Origin: Podarcis cretensis | Taxonomy: Eukaryota | Assembly: GCA_951804945.1 (NCBI GenBank) | Contig: OX638151.1 | Location: forward strand, 47,802,001-47,866,000 | Direction: 5' to 3' | Length of the DNA: 64,000 bases | Shown here: positions 38,283-50,400 of the stretch, piece after piece | Position numbering within the stretch: the stretch's first letter is position 1 | Layout: every line of letters starts with the position of its first letter | Notes under the pieces: model-generated | Database searches by the model: none | Told to the model about the DNA's origin: nothing | The model's input: the letters and a program-made list of their open reading frames with translations, nothing else | Translations under genes and position numbers: made by a program

Positions 38283-38469
38283 CAAGCCTGCACAACTTGT
38301 AACCCACCAAAACCAAACACAGCTCACCAGCCAAGTTTTGTGGCCTGCCAGGTGCTTGTGCAATCCTTTGCAGGCAGCTAAAATTGGAAGTTTATCAAGC
38401 CCTTCATGGCTGCCATATGTTGCTGGTGTGGTGTGTTCAACTTTGTAGGTTACAAGTTGCACAGGCCTG
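38283..38469. mobile_element. Old hAT-type MITE
   Basis: 22-bp TIRs CAAGCCTGCACAACTTGTAACC / GGTTACAAGTTGCACAGGCCTG (3 mismatches); no TSD visible. Confidence 0.6.
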
Positions 38470-38960
38470 AAGAGAAGAATGATTGCAGGGCAAATATTAT
38501 TTCATTATATTTTTATTTTTAACTGTATCATAATGCCAGTTGTCCAACTGCCCTTTAGTAATCATAGGGCAGAATGAATGGATTTGACAACAAAGCTGAA
38601 TTAAATTAATTCATCTCAGCTTTGCAAAGAAGTTCCCTTTGTACCATTTAGAACTTTTGGAGCCCACACATATTTGGATAATGGCTTTTCCAATTACTTG
38701 GAAAAACTGTGTAATATGAGTTCTGTTACATGATTGTTAACTAGGAAGATAAGGCCACAGCTGCAGTCGTATGCACATTTCCCTGGAGTAAGCCTCATTG
38801 GAATTACCTCTGAGTAAATATTCAGAGTACTGAGCTGCACAGTATATATATGTGGTATAGTCTGAGATTGAAACACTGAACTGATTTATGTCCATTAACA
38901 CCAATATGAGTTGCTCTTTACAAGCTAAAAAGCCACACTTCAAAATACTTTCTTTCACAG

Positions 38961-39055
38961 GGACTCCTATTAATAAACGACCTGTTCTTGGATACAGAAA
39001 CTTGAATCTCTTCAAATTATTCAGACTTGTACATAAGCTTGGAGGATTTGATAAT
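38961..39055 (+). CDS. ARID4B: ARID4B exon 13 (ARID domain)
   Basis: tcacag|GG...AAT|gtaagt; 95 nt; [31 protein letters not shown]. Confidence 0.98.
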
Positions 39056-39526
39056 GTAAGTACTATTAATCAGAGTAGAAATAATTTTGCAATTTGAAGA
39101 AAAGTTAATAGTGCAGCTTCAAAACCACTAGGAGAGGAGATTTGTAGATGATGAGGTGGACATCACACTAAGGACTTTTTATGCATTAATTTTTCTATCA
39201 CTAAGACTCTTTTCTAGGTTAAAAAAGAAAGCAGCTTGTAATAGTAGTTTAGTATGAAGTCTCCAGTCATTACATATACCCAATTATCTGAGTGTTAACC
39301 CCATAGAAGACAGACTTACTTCAGAATACATATGTATTATCTGTGCACAGGAGATGGAAGTGAATTTGAATACTCTTAAAGTATGGGCGTCTAATTTTTG
39401 TGTGTGCTATTTTAGACCCTTAAAGTTCATAATAAATTACTTATTTAGACACCTGTGCAGAATTATTCATTTAAACATAGACATAATGCTTTTTATTGGG
39501 ATAACAACTTTCATTCTGCTTTATAG

Positions 39527-39624
39527 ATTGAAAGTGGAGCAGTCTGGAAACAAGTGTATCAGGATCTTGGGATCCCTGTCTTGAACTCTGCCGCTGGATA
39601 TAATGTTAAATGTGCATACAAAAA
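39527..39624 (+). CDS. ARID4B: ARID4B exon 14 (ARID domain)
   Basis: ttatag|ATT...AAAAA|gtaagt; 98 nt; [32 protein letters not shown]. Confidence 0.98.
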
Positions 39625-40485
39625 GTAAGTAGATCTGTATATATAAAATTGTGTGCCTCGCTTTGATACTCAACGTTGAATGCTTCATCTCAGCGAAAAT
39701 AAACATTGCATAGGTATTCTGTTTTAAAACTGTCATCATTTAAATGAAAGAAAAAAAAGAAGATAATGGGCTATATTCAGTTGTGTTTCTTCAGTCATGA
39801 ACAGCTTTGTTTCAGTGGAGCTTTCCATGAACAAAACAATGGGGAAAGTAGTTTTCACCGAGTCCCCCTTGCTCTAAAGGGTTAGACGATCTCTGGAACA
39901 GCATGGGAGGTGGTATAAGGGGCTTCAGGAGAAAGGCGGGATTTGCAAAAATCATATCCTTCCTGCATTTCCAGAAACATCCACAGAGCAAAGAACCCAG
40001 TATTCTCACGGTGCAAACCTAATACTGTACTCGTGTGTATTCATTCGGAAATAAGTCACATCAATGGGGCTTAATCCTAAATAGGAGGATACAGTTCTAA
40101 TTAAGGTGTCTTTATCTATTTTGGCTGTATCATGCCATGTGTAGTAGTAACTACCCAAATCAAGTCTGCTGTTCTGGCAGCTAACAGTAAGTCCTCTTTC
40201 AAATTTGTTTGGAAAGTTATTAAATTTTATTCCTGAGCTTCCATGTTGCTAGACTAACCAGACTCAACATAACTTTTTTTCAGGTATTTCTTTCAAAAAC
40301 AAGTTGACATTTGGGGGCAGTTAAAACAACACAATTTTGAGCTGGTACCATGTTGTTGATTTATTTTAAAAAAACAAAGCAATCTTAAACCATTATTTAG
40401 CAAATTAATTTACATCCTTAAAAGTGTAGTTATCTCATAAACCAAACTATGGTGAACTAATCATTATGTTATTGCCATCTTTTAG

Positions 40486-40735
40486 ATACCTCTATGGCTT
40501 TGAAGAGTACTGTACATCAGCTAATGTTGAATTTAAAATGGCATTACCAGAGAAAATAGTGAGCCAGCCCTGTAAGGACCTTGAAAAACATATGAAGAAG
40601 CATGAAGAAACTGAGCAAAATATAAAAGAAATAAAGGTGGAAACTGAAGAAAGAGATGATGAAGTAATGAGGAAACAGCAAGACACACAAGCTGAGAATG
40701 AGAGTGAAAGAAAAGAAAATGATACGTCCTCCTTG
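40486..40735 (+). CDS. ARID4B: ARID4B exon 15
   Basis: ttttag|A...TTG|gtaaga; 250 nt; YLYGFEEYCTSANVEFKMALPEK...ERKENDTSSL. Confidence 0.96.
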
Positions 40736-41899
40736 GTAAGAGCTGTTTCATTATTTTTTGAAGATTTTGTAAAATATACCATTACATCTGTTAATGTAAG
40801 CTGAAATATTATTTGAGTGGATATTGTGCCTATAAAGCAAAGCATTTTATTCTAGCATTAATATACTGTTTGCTAGTTTTGCTACATTTCTCAAAGTATT
40901 AATGTCATTTTCAGAGCTAATAAGAACCTGTTGCAGTCCAGATTCACTTTGACAGAAGAAATACCTTTGTGGGTGTCTTGCAGAGTTCTAAAGAAGGCCC
41001 TAAAAACTCTGTTTAGGCAGAAATCAAACACTTGTCTCTGCGATATCTAGACCACATTTGGAGATTGTGTCCCAAGATCCGAACCAGACTTTTGTCCTCA
41101 CACCCAGTCCCTTTGCTCCTCCTTTTGCTAAGCTCCGTTAAGCTAGGAAGTCTCAAGCTACGAAACTGATAACACAGTTTGAAAGTTCCTTACATTCACA
41201 TGACCTTACAAATTCCTTGTAGCAATAATTTGCACCATGTGGAAAATCAGAGCTCCATGTTCCTGATGTTCTCCTGGTCAAAAATATCTGGAAAGTTACG
41301 GGTGAACAATGTTTCCTACGATATTTATGTTCCTTTTTCCTTTGAGCAGAGATGTTGTAAGGTGGGATGAGAGCTCCCTCTAGCACATCTAAATTAGAGG
41401 TTTCTGCTCTTCAGGTCCCAGCAGTTTTTACTGCTTTCATGTTGTGAGATTGTATCTCACATTCTCCATTCAGCTTTGCTCAGAGTTGTGTTTTGTCTAC
41501 AGTTTTCGGAGCTTATCTTTATGACATTGTTGCTTATCATTTGTTGTTAGTGTTTCTGTGCTTATTTGGGGGAAGGTTGTGTTGATGCTGTTTCTCTCTT
41601 AGGGAGTCCCATGAATTTTTGTCTTGATGTACAGTGCTTGATTGTGTGTGAGTTTTTGGGTTTCTTATGTGCCTTACCACTTTACACTCTTTCTGCTCTG
41701 TATCTTCCCTTCACCACCTCCCCTGCTGCTTGTCCCTGGTGAACTACCCTCCACCCCCAGTATCCGAATTTTGTTTTTGGTCAATGGAGGGGATATTTCC
41801 TCCCCTCTGGAACTCTGACATTTTTTCACAGTTCTCCTCCAGCAGCTCTGTAGCTTTTTAAAATATAATATTTTTGCTGATCACCCATTAGGTCTCAGT

Positions 41900-42330
41900 A
41901 ATCAGCTACAGCTACTCTGGGGCTATGGGCAAGATAAAGCAGTTGAAGGCTAAAGCCCTTAAGGCAGCATATAAATCAGCTCATAAACACCATGCTCCTG
42001 GATGGCATTGACCTTTACTGTCATGGGCAGAAAACCTGGTTCTGTCTCTGTTGGCATGGATACCATGGCTGAGAGGACTGATACTGCTAAAGCACTCATA
42101 CGTAAGGGGGGCCACCCAAGGATATCTGGTTCAGTTTCCCACTCTTTTCAGATTGATTGTGATAAGGAACCTCTGTGTAAAGAATGGGTGCACCTTAGAA
42201 CCCTCTGAAAACTTCCTCTGAAGAGGATTTTTTGGGGATTCGAGATGGCATTATCTGTGAATAAAAATATCACTCACTTTTCTGATATGCAAACATATCA
42301 AAAGAAAGAGGTGCCCTAAGTCATGGAGTA
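41900..42330 (+). mobile_element. Possible decayed DIRS gag C-terminal remnant
   Basis: Traces ALKAAY and LPLKRIFG resembling DIRS gag LKxAY / LPFxGxxLFG; by eye only. Confidence 0.25.
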
Positions 42331-42358
42331 TTACGGTCAGACCAATAGTGCATACATA

Positions 42359-42737
42359 ACGCGGGTGGCGCTGTGGTCTAAACCATTGAGCCTCTTGGGC
42401 TTGCTGATCAGAAGGTCGGTGGTTCGAATCCCCACAATGGGGTGAGCTCCCATTGCTCTGTTCCAGCTCCTGCCAACTTGGCAGTTCAAAAGCACACCAG
42501 TGCAAGTAGATAAATAGGTACTGCTGCGGGAGGAAGGTAAACGGTGTTTCTGTGCGCTCTGGTTTCAGTCATGGTGTTCTGTTGCGCCAGAAGCTATTTA
42601 GTCATGCTGGCCACATACCCAGAAAGCTGTCTGTGGACAAATGCCGGCTCCCTCAGCCTGAAAGCGAGATGAGCGTCTCAACCCCATAGTTGCCTTTGAC
42701 TGGACTTAACCATCCAGGGGTCCTTTACCTTTTACCT
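42359..42737 (+). mobile_element. Sauria SINE, intermediate age
   Basis: Head GCGGGTGGCGCTGTGG, B-box GGTTCGAATCC, ACCTTT tail; degenerate TSD TAGTGCATACATAA / TAGTTCTTACATGA. Confidence 0.93.
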
Positions 42738-43637
42738 TAGTTCTTACATGAGACTGCAGCGTTATCTTTAAATGCTCTCTGCTATGCAGAGACTGGGTGA
42801 GCCCTCGTTCCTTTACAAGAGATTACCATATTGATACTTACATCTCTGCAGGGACACTTTTGAGAGGCACGTGCTTCACCATGTGTTTCCAGGGATATAG
42901 ACAACCAAGACCCACCTTATTTTGGGTAACTTGGACACATGAAGAGTCCTTTTGTTTGAGTGAAAAGATGTTTTTATAGCCTTACCCTACCATTCACTAT
43001 TTGGTTTGTTCTTATCTTATTCTGTATCTGGATTGCCTTGTGTGACGGAGCAGGGCACTGCTCAGTGTGTGTTGTTGTTGCTACATGTTGTTGGTATGTT
43101 TTCTTACTAGTGTGTTGGGTGCAGGATGTTGCAGCTTGGGGGCTGGCCAGCTGAGAGGGTAAATCTCTAATTTAGCTGCAATTGTGCTTGCAAGTGCTTG
43201 AGGGAGCTCTCATTCTACCTAAGAACATCCTTTCACTAAAAAAATACCCTTCACAGGTAAAACCAGTGGTCCTGTTTCAGCAGCCTGGACATGGATCAAG
43301 GGACAACATTCATGATCCAATGTGAATTGCAGCAGAACTTCCTTAGAGATGTGTTATTATTTCATGAAAGTGATTTACAATATAATAAAGCATATATAAA
43401 ACAGCAACATATATAAAATCAGTTAAACATTTGCATAAATAAAAACAATTTTTAAAAAGTTTACACAGAGAGAGAGACAGACAGAGAGTTTAAAACAACA
43501 TCAGCACATACATAAAATCAATTCAAATCCAGTATAGATACCAACAGAGAAAATGGCTGGTGCAGATTCTTCCTAATTGAAAACTAACAGTTTTTTTTTT
43601 CAATTGTGAGCTATATCAATGTTTTTATTTCTCCTAG

Positions 43638-43795
43638 GGAAGCAAAAAAGGTTTTCAGGAATCACACACTGACCAGGAAAAGGAATTAAGAATACTGAAA
43701 ACAGATGAAGCCAATGTGGAACATAAAGAGGATGAGAAGAGTAAGGACTTGGAAAATCAGAATACCAGTCTTGAAACGGAAGAGAGGGAGAAAAA
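43638..43795 (+). CDS. ARID4B: ARID4B exon 16
   Basis: tcctag|GGA...AAAAA|gtaaga; 158 nt; GSKKGFQESHTDQEKELR...ETEEREK. Diverged, but GSKK..SHTDQEKE is recognisable and the phase-2 end fits the next exons. Confidence 0.9.
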
Positions 43796-43923
43796 GTAAG
43801 AATCTTTTATTTTCAGCTAAAACCTATATATGAGGGGAGCAATACTGGGCTTCAAATCTGAGTTGCCTTTGATCTCTAAAAGATCAAAGAGGAACTAGAA
43901 TTTAAGAGGAACTAGATAACTTA

Positions 43924-44011
43924 GGCTGTAATCCCAGCCTCATTTACCTCAGAGTAAGTCTTACTGAATTCACTGAGACTTACTTTTGTCAACTTGTTTA
44001 GGAAAGCAGCC
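43924..44011. mobile_element. About 85-bp palindromic MITE (other copies near 21047, 25647, 37063, 38757, 39250, 40010)
   Basis: GGCTG...CAGCC ends; central GAGTAAGTC...GACTTACT hairpin shared by the copies. Confidence 0.65.
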
Positions 44012-46514
44012 TTTATGTCAAAAAGCTCAATGAATACCATCTTATTTTGGTGCTTCTTTTTGTCGGAGATGTCCAGTTAAATTGCTTCATTATTCTGAAT
44101 AATATAGAGGTTGTGTAAGAGAAGTCATCTGCTGTCTTCTGATAAAAAGATAATTAAGAGTGATGGGGAAGCAGCCATAGGCCCCTCTGGTCCAGCATTC
44201 TGTTCTCACAGTGGTCATCCAGATACCCATGGTAGGCCTGCAAGCAGGGCCGGGTTGCAGCAGCACTCTCCACACTGGTAATCATGGACTTCAATACTGA
44301 AAGATATGCGTGGAGTAGGATTGAAAGCTGGAAGAATTGTGTAGGATAATTTAAAAGAAAAAGGTGTGGGGAAAGCTAAACAATAAATTGTGGGCAAAAA
44401 AAAAGTTACAGTAGGGGTTCTCAAACTTTCTGCCCACAAGGCTCATTTAAATTTCTTGAGGCCCACAAGTCACAAAATGGTGCAGTGGCAGAGCCAGTCA
44501 CAAAACGGTGACAGATGAAAACAGTTTGGCATAATCAGCTGACAGTTGCTGACATCATTTTCTACTGATATCGAATCCATCTTTGGAAATTGCTGACATC
44601 TTTGTCACAGCATTTTCCTTGTGGCAAGGAGTTCCATAGCTCAGTTTTCCTCAGGTTAAATACAGACATTTGCTCTGTAGGTATTGTGACTCAGCCTCCC
44701 TATTTTTGGCAGAGTTTGCTTCTTCAGAGGCTCTTTAAGTGGAGAAGGTTTTTTCTTTTATATTTCCCCCTTCACACTCCCACATGCCTCTAAAGTATTT
44801 TTACTGTCTCATCTTACCACAGTTACTGATCTTCTCCCATTTTCCTTCCACACTCAACTTGTACCTTATTCACACATACTCAGCCGACTGCTGTTTCTTT
44901 CAGCCCTTCCTCCTTAATACTATTGCATTAATTTCTTCCTCCTACAACAGTTTCCCTCTCATTCTCTTACTTTATATTTCTAGCTTATTAAAATATTAAC
45001 CTATAATCTCACCTTTAACACCTCCCCTTACCCTTTCCCCTCAGAGGAGGGAGACCTTCCTTCCAATTCCAGCTTTTCCCAGTCTTTACTCAACATTCAA
45101 TGAATTTTTGACACTAGCCAACTGTCTGAGAAACACTGAGTTATAGGTTGGAGTTTTTAAAGATTTGGCTCATCTGGTGCGCCACCAAAAGGAAAGAGAT
45201 GATTTCTTATCCAGAAATCAACTGAATATAGATTAGCACTCCATAAATTTATTCTACTGGAAGGCGACAACATCAGTAGAACTGATGGTACCGCTACTTT
45301 GTTGAAGCACCTGATCAAGTAATTGTCTTGATCTGCCAAGACTTCCCTAATTTTGCTGCTATGGTGTGACAACTATGTTGAACATCCAAATGAAATTATT
45401 TTATTGCCATTCTGCTTCTGAAATAAATATAGGAGTATCTATTATCAGCGTGTCATGCATGTGACTAGATTCAGGTCGACAGCCTATCTGAGTAGTTGAC
45501 CCTCAGACATGCATAAAGGTGTGGTGTGCCTTTCAGGCAAAATGATAATCGACTGATCATTTTTATGTATATAAAAAATAATGCTCCCCTTTTTTTGAAA
45601 TGCAGATTGACATGTATGGTATGTTGGAATTGACCCATTGTGTTCTCATATTTTGGTATCATGTAGAGTTCATTGCTTATTGATATTGAAGTGTATGGAT
45701 TTCTTTATTGTGAATTAATCTTTCAGGCACTTTTTTTTTCTTTTGGAAAATATAGCTTTTTCCAGTTCAGGTTTCAGACATTATTAGTGGGACTAAGTAG
45801 TTCATTTACAATTCTCACTTTTATACTTGTAGTTTGTACCTATCTTAAGTTTGTATATTTGACTACAGTAAGAATTGTGTCTGCTGTTACCAGTTCAGTG
45901 CATTACATGATTTCTGTGTTGGGGGCTGCTTATTACGAGGACCTGTGAGGAATGTGGTGAAATAATGTAAAAAGGAGCTAGTCAGGAAAGTCACTAAAGG
46001 GGAAGCATTGTGAGGGAAGAGTATTTCTTGTGGAGCTGTTTGTAAGAGGTTTGTAGCAATGAAGGGAGGAATATACATGCCCTTTTCTTGCGCATGCTCT
46101 AGGCTTAGATAAGTAACAATGTGCCTCCTTGTATACATGTTTTTACAGAAGATGTAAATGTAACTGTGCACTGTATTGTCTCATAAAAAGTAGCACTCAC
46201 ATTCCTGTTTACTACTACTAATATTAGTACTTCGTTCTGCTATGTTGGGGATCTACAAGCCGTGGCCTGATGTGGCCCCTGTTGTGTTTTTGTGTAGTAT
46301 ACTATTGTTTTTCAAAATATACATTTCTAGTTATCTTTATCTCAGACACGCTTCTTGATTTGACAAACAAGTATAATATCACTGTATATCTAGTATATGT
46401 TAATAATGTGATTAAAACTTTGGTTGTTAGTATCTTGATTTGGGGCTTAGAAACACTTCACTAGAGCACTTCACTGTGTAAGTTTTGTATATCAGAGTTA
46501 CTGTATCTGAACAT

Positions 46515-46646
46515 NNNNNNNNNNNNNNNNNNNNNNNNNNNNNNNNNNNNNNNNNNNNNNNNNNNNNNNNNNNNNNNNNNNNNNNNNNNNNNNNNNNNNN
46601 NNNNNNNNNNNNNNNNNNNNNNNNNNNNNNNNNNNNNNNNNNNNNN
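46515..46646. other. Assembly gap (132 N)
   Basis: Run of n. Confidence 1.
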
Positions 46647-47849
46647 AGCAATTCCATTTCACTAGTGATTTGCATGCTAGCCATTGCATTGCCTCAATTC
46701 TGTGGTGGCTTTCAGTTAGGATTGCAGTGGGCTGTTTAGTCTCACATATAAAAATACTTATCAAGACAACCCTCAGCTTTGTACACTCTTTCATATCTGC
46801 AAACACTGTTATCTGATTTCTTGCAAGTTACACATGTAATTGAAGAATCTCGGGTACAACTACATACAAAGATTGTATCTGCGGCCTGTAATGACCATAC
46901 TGTTAAAATGCATAGATCGGACACGAGTCTTTTGTGTGGTTCTACTTTCATCAAAACCTTATGGAAGTATAGTTTGTTTTGTTTTTAAAACCCCCCACTA
47001 ATCCTGAGGTTAGCAACTTTTAGCCAAATAGCTTCATTGAAATAAAACAGCTATTGTGGGATAAGGTAGTATAGAGAACCGTGGCTGTTTGGATTTAATT
47101 GAAATGAAGAGCATTTTAGCATATTGGGATACAAAAGGAGGCTTTTGTACAAGTTGTTCTGTTGTCTTTGCTCTTCCCAGAACATACATTAATTTATGTG
47201 GTTGTTACAAATGGGTTTAAAATAATGTGTAGAACATGTATCCAGTACTTGTGTTTTGCACATTTTGCCTCTTGTATTCTAGTCACAAATATATAAATTC
47301 TAACATTTTGAAAGCTCTGATTCCTCAGGCCCTGGTTCTTTAGTCTATAAATTTATTAGTGTTTTGTCTGGGACAATTACAATTGTGAGTTGCAATAGTG
47401 ATGGGCGTCATATTTTTTCTAGAGAACAGATTTCTTATGCTTTGCTATATTTGTGTTTTGCTTCTGTGACTCATGATATAGTAATGCTTGGACACAGATT
47501 TACAAGTTACGGGGGGAGGGGGGCAATCTGCTAAGGCTAATGATAGATACGACTTCGTGAATCAGTGATTGAAATCTATGGAATGTATAATGATAATAAA
47601 TTAAGCAATATAGCTGTGCTTCTTTCATAGTCTTTGAGATTAGCTATGGTGTGCTTCCATCAGGAAATTAGTTAATTGTTGCAAATTCAAAATTGCCACA
47701 ATCTGTCCCCACTACCACCTTTTAAGGATAGTCCAAAAGACTGACAGAACTTGTGTAGCTATGCAGACATTGCCTCTCTCTTACTTTTCATGGAATACAT
47801 TTTAAAGTGCCGAAAACTTCTGAATGCTATTTGGTTAGCCTGTGAAACT

Positions 47850-48235
47850 GTGATAACAGTTCCTTGTCATCCTGGAAAAAAGTGACAAGTCGGATGCCTC
47901 GAGGTTCTGTCCTGGGCCCATTGTAATTTGGATGAAGGTGCTCATAAATCTGCAGATGACACCAAACTGGGAGGGATAGCCAATGCCGCTGAGTAACAGA
48001 ATCGGGATTCACGATGAGCTTAACAGATTGGGGAACTGGGCCCAAACTAACAAAATGAATTTCAATAGGGACAAATGTCGGGTTCTGCACTTAGGCAGGA
48101 AGAACCAGCTGTACAAATTAAAATGGGGGAGACTTGGCTTGCCAAAAGTACATGTGAAAAGAAGTTACAAGAAAGGAGAATCCAACTAAACATCAAGAAG
48201 AACTTACTGATGCTCGGCAAGGGAACAATATACAA
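47850..48235 (+). mobile_element. CR1 LINE ORF2 (RT) fragment with internal deletions
   Basis: Translates to VTSRMPRGSVLGP, ADDTKLGG, MNFNRDKCRVLHLGRKN, which are CR1 RT motifs. Confidence 0.9.
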
Positions 48236-49689
48236 TTCTATGAGTTCAAAGACACATTCCAGCAAGGCAATGAAGTAAGGTTGGTGAGGGTGTGTGCCCT
48301 GGGCCAAGTCCCAAGGACCAGATAGAGAGGTGAGGAGGGTTATATTCAGATGCTGGGCCTGAGGTCCCCATCTGAGATATAAAACCTAGGGAAAACAAGC
48401 TGAAAATGTGCAACAAACAAATATATAGTGTCTGCCCACTTACATGGGAGTTATGTTCCGGACCCTCGCACTCATTAGTGAAAATTGTGTAGATAGGGAG
48501 CACTCTCTAAATATCTTATCTGAAGCTCTGTCTCCAATCCAGACCCCCCAAAAATTACTGTATCCAAAAATATCCACAACTAGAATTGAAGCTCTGGGGT
48601 CAGCTGGAGGCTGGAGGATGCATGGAAAAGCGGTGGGGGAGGCTGAGCAGCCTAAACAAAGCCCCATTGCGCCTCCAGACTCTTTGAGGCTCCCTCTGCC
48701 CTCATTGACGTCCTCTTCCAGCTCCGGTGAGGCTCTCCTCATGAGTCACGTGAATTGAATTTTTTATTTCCTGGCGACATGCATATACGTGGTCGTGCAC
48801 ATATGTGGGGATGCCTGCATAGTGAAAAATTATCTTGCTTTTCCCAAAAATGCAAAGAGCAAAATGGACTTCATCTTCCATGATGGGACTTGCCCTTCCT
48901 CCCCTTCCCTCTGCAGCCTCCCCCCCCCCATTCCCCAAATGTTAGAGCAGATTTTGGGGGCATGGGGTGTACTGAATGGGTGAAGAGGGGAAAGGGAAAT
49001 CCCATTGTGCAAGTAGAAGCCTGTGCTGTTCACACAGATGATATCATTGGTTAATCATTTTGTACAATCACATTTATAGGACCACTATGATGAGTATCGT
49101 AAGGGGCAATAGAAAATGACTTACGCTGATCAAGCCTCGTTGATTTCTACCAGATACTGTTGTTGAGTGTACTTGGTTTGAAATGAGGAAACTTCACAGG
49201 ATACTGTGCTATGCTCACAATGATTTTTTTTTTGGGGGGGGGGAGGATTCAAGTTAGTTAGGCATATCAAAGTGCTGCTTGATATACTTATTTCAGTTGA
49301 ATTGCATTATTGATTATATAGGAGTGAAGTGTTCGGTTCCTTAGAATGTGTTTCTGGAGATTTGCAAAAGATGTTTCTCAAGAGAGCAATTATCAGAGTA
49401 AATGATGTATACTATGCAAAATGGCCACTAATGTAGAAGTAACAGAGTAGTTTGAAATTTGGAAGAGGGATTTACCCTAAGCAGACTCTAGATACAATTA
49501 ATATTTTTCCTCTTTCAAATATGATCAGAGCGATTACTGCATTGTGATAGTAAATCCTTTATACACTAACTAATATTCAGGCTCGTCTTTTAACAGTATT
49601 TACTTTGATGATTATCAAGTGTGTCTGTTCCCTATAAACCTTTTAACGTAGTTGCAGTCTTCTGTTGTCGCTGGCTGGTTTCTTTCACT

Positions 49690-50400
49690 TTCCTTTGCTG
49701 AAGGTTGAAGCTCCTGTTCTCTGGGACAGTTTTTACTTGAACTGCTTGAGGCAGCTTACATGTGGGAACTGCTTACATCATCATCTTACTGTGTTATCTT
49801 GTTGATGTACTTTGGGATCCACCGTTCTAATGAACTGACCTTTCAGTTGTCTGCTTTACAACACTACCATTTAGCCAAAATCTTCACTTTACTGGAGTTT
49901 TTAAAATCCTATTTAAAATCTTATAGACATCATCATCTGCTATGCAAATACTTTTTATATTAGGTTTACCAAAGTCTGGAATCCAAGAAATCTAGCTTCT
50001 GTCTGTATGCAGATACGTAAAGTAAGGTTTCTTGAAGGCATACTGGCCTATCCTGGCAACATTTTCCCTCAGGACTTCTGCTTCATGGTATTCAGTGCTT
50101 TGCTTCTTTTCTGTATGGCAAGATTTTCAATCTGGGAATAGAATGCTGTGGTCTTCATAGTACAGATCTATTTTTAAAAATCTATTGAAAAACTTGGAGG
50201 CATGTATTCTTGACAGTTCTGCTGTTCCCTGACATGAATATTCTTGACATCGGTTGCATCTTTGTATCTTCCATCTGTGATTGCAAATCACTCTTCACCC
50301 CTTTTAAACATATATTTTTAAAAATGATCTCCGGTTTAACTTTATTATGCATCCTGGTATTTGGTTCCAGAAGATGTTATAACTTGCTCTGAGGATTTGA
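49690..50400 (+). mobile_element. Probable decayed DIRS tyrosine-recombinase remnant
   Basis: ORF 49760: WEL...GIHRSNEL...HYHLAKIFTLLEF resembles DIRS YR WDL...SARRVSEL...FHLSQxIxLPxF. Confidence 0.4.

Noticed and set aside
43741-43746. Alternative donor AGA|GTAAGG inside exon 16
   Set aside because: It is phase 1, incompatible with the phase-2 downstream exons; at most a non-productive site.
46427-46806. ORFs containing X runs
   Set aside because: Artefacts of the assembly gap.
46777-46988. Alternative terminal exon or small ORF after CTCAG at 46776
   Set aside because: No polypyrimidine tract and no recognisable homology; unsupported without RNA data.
49087-49129. C/D box snoRNA-like ATGATGA...CTGA
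   Set aside because: Only about 43 nt, with no terminal stem and no recognisable rRNA-complementary guide.
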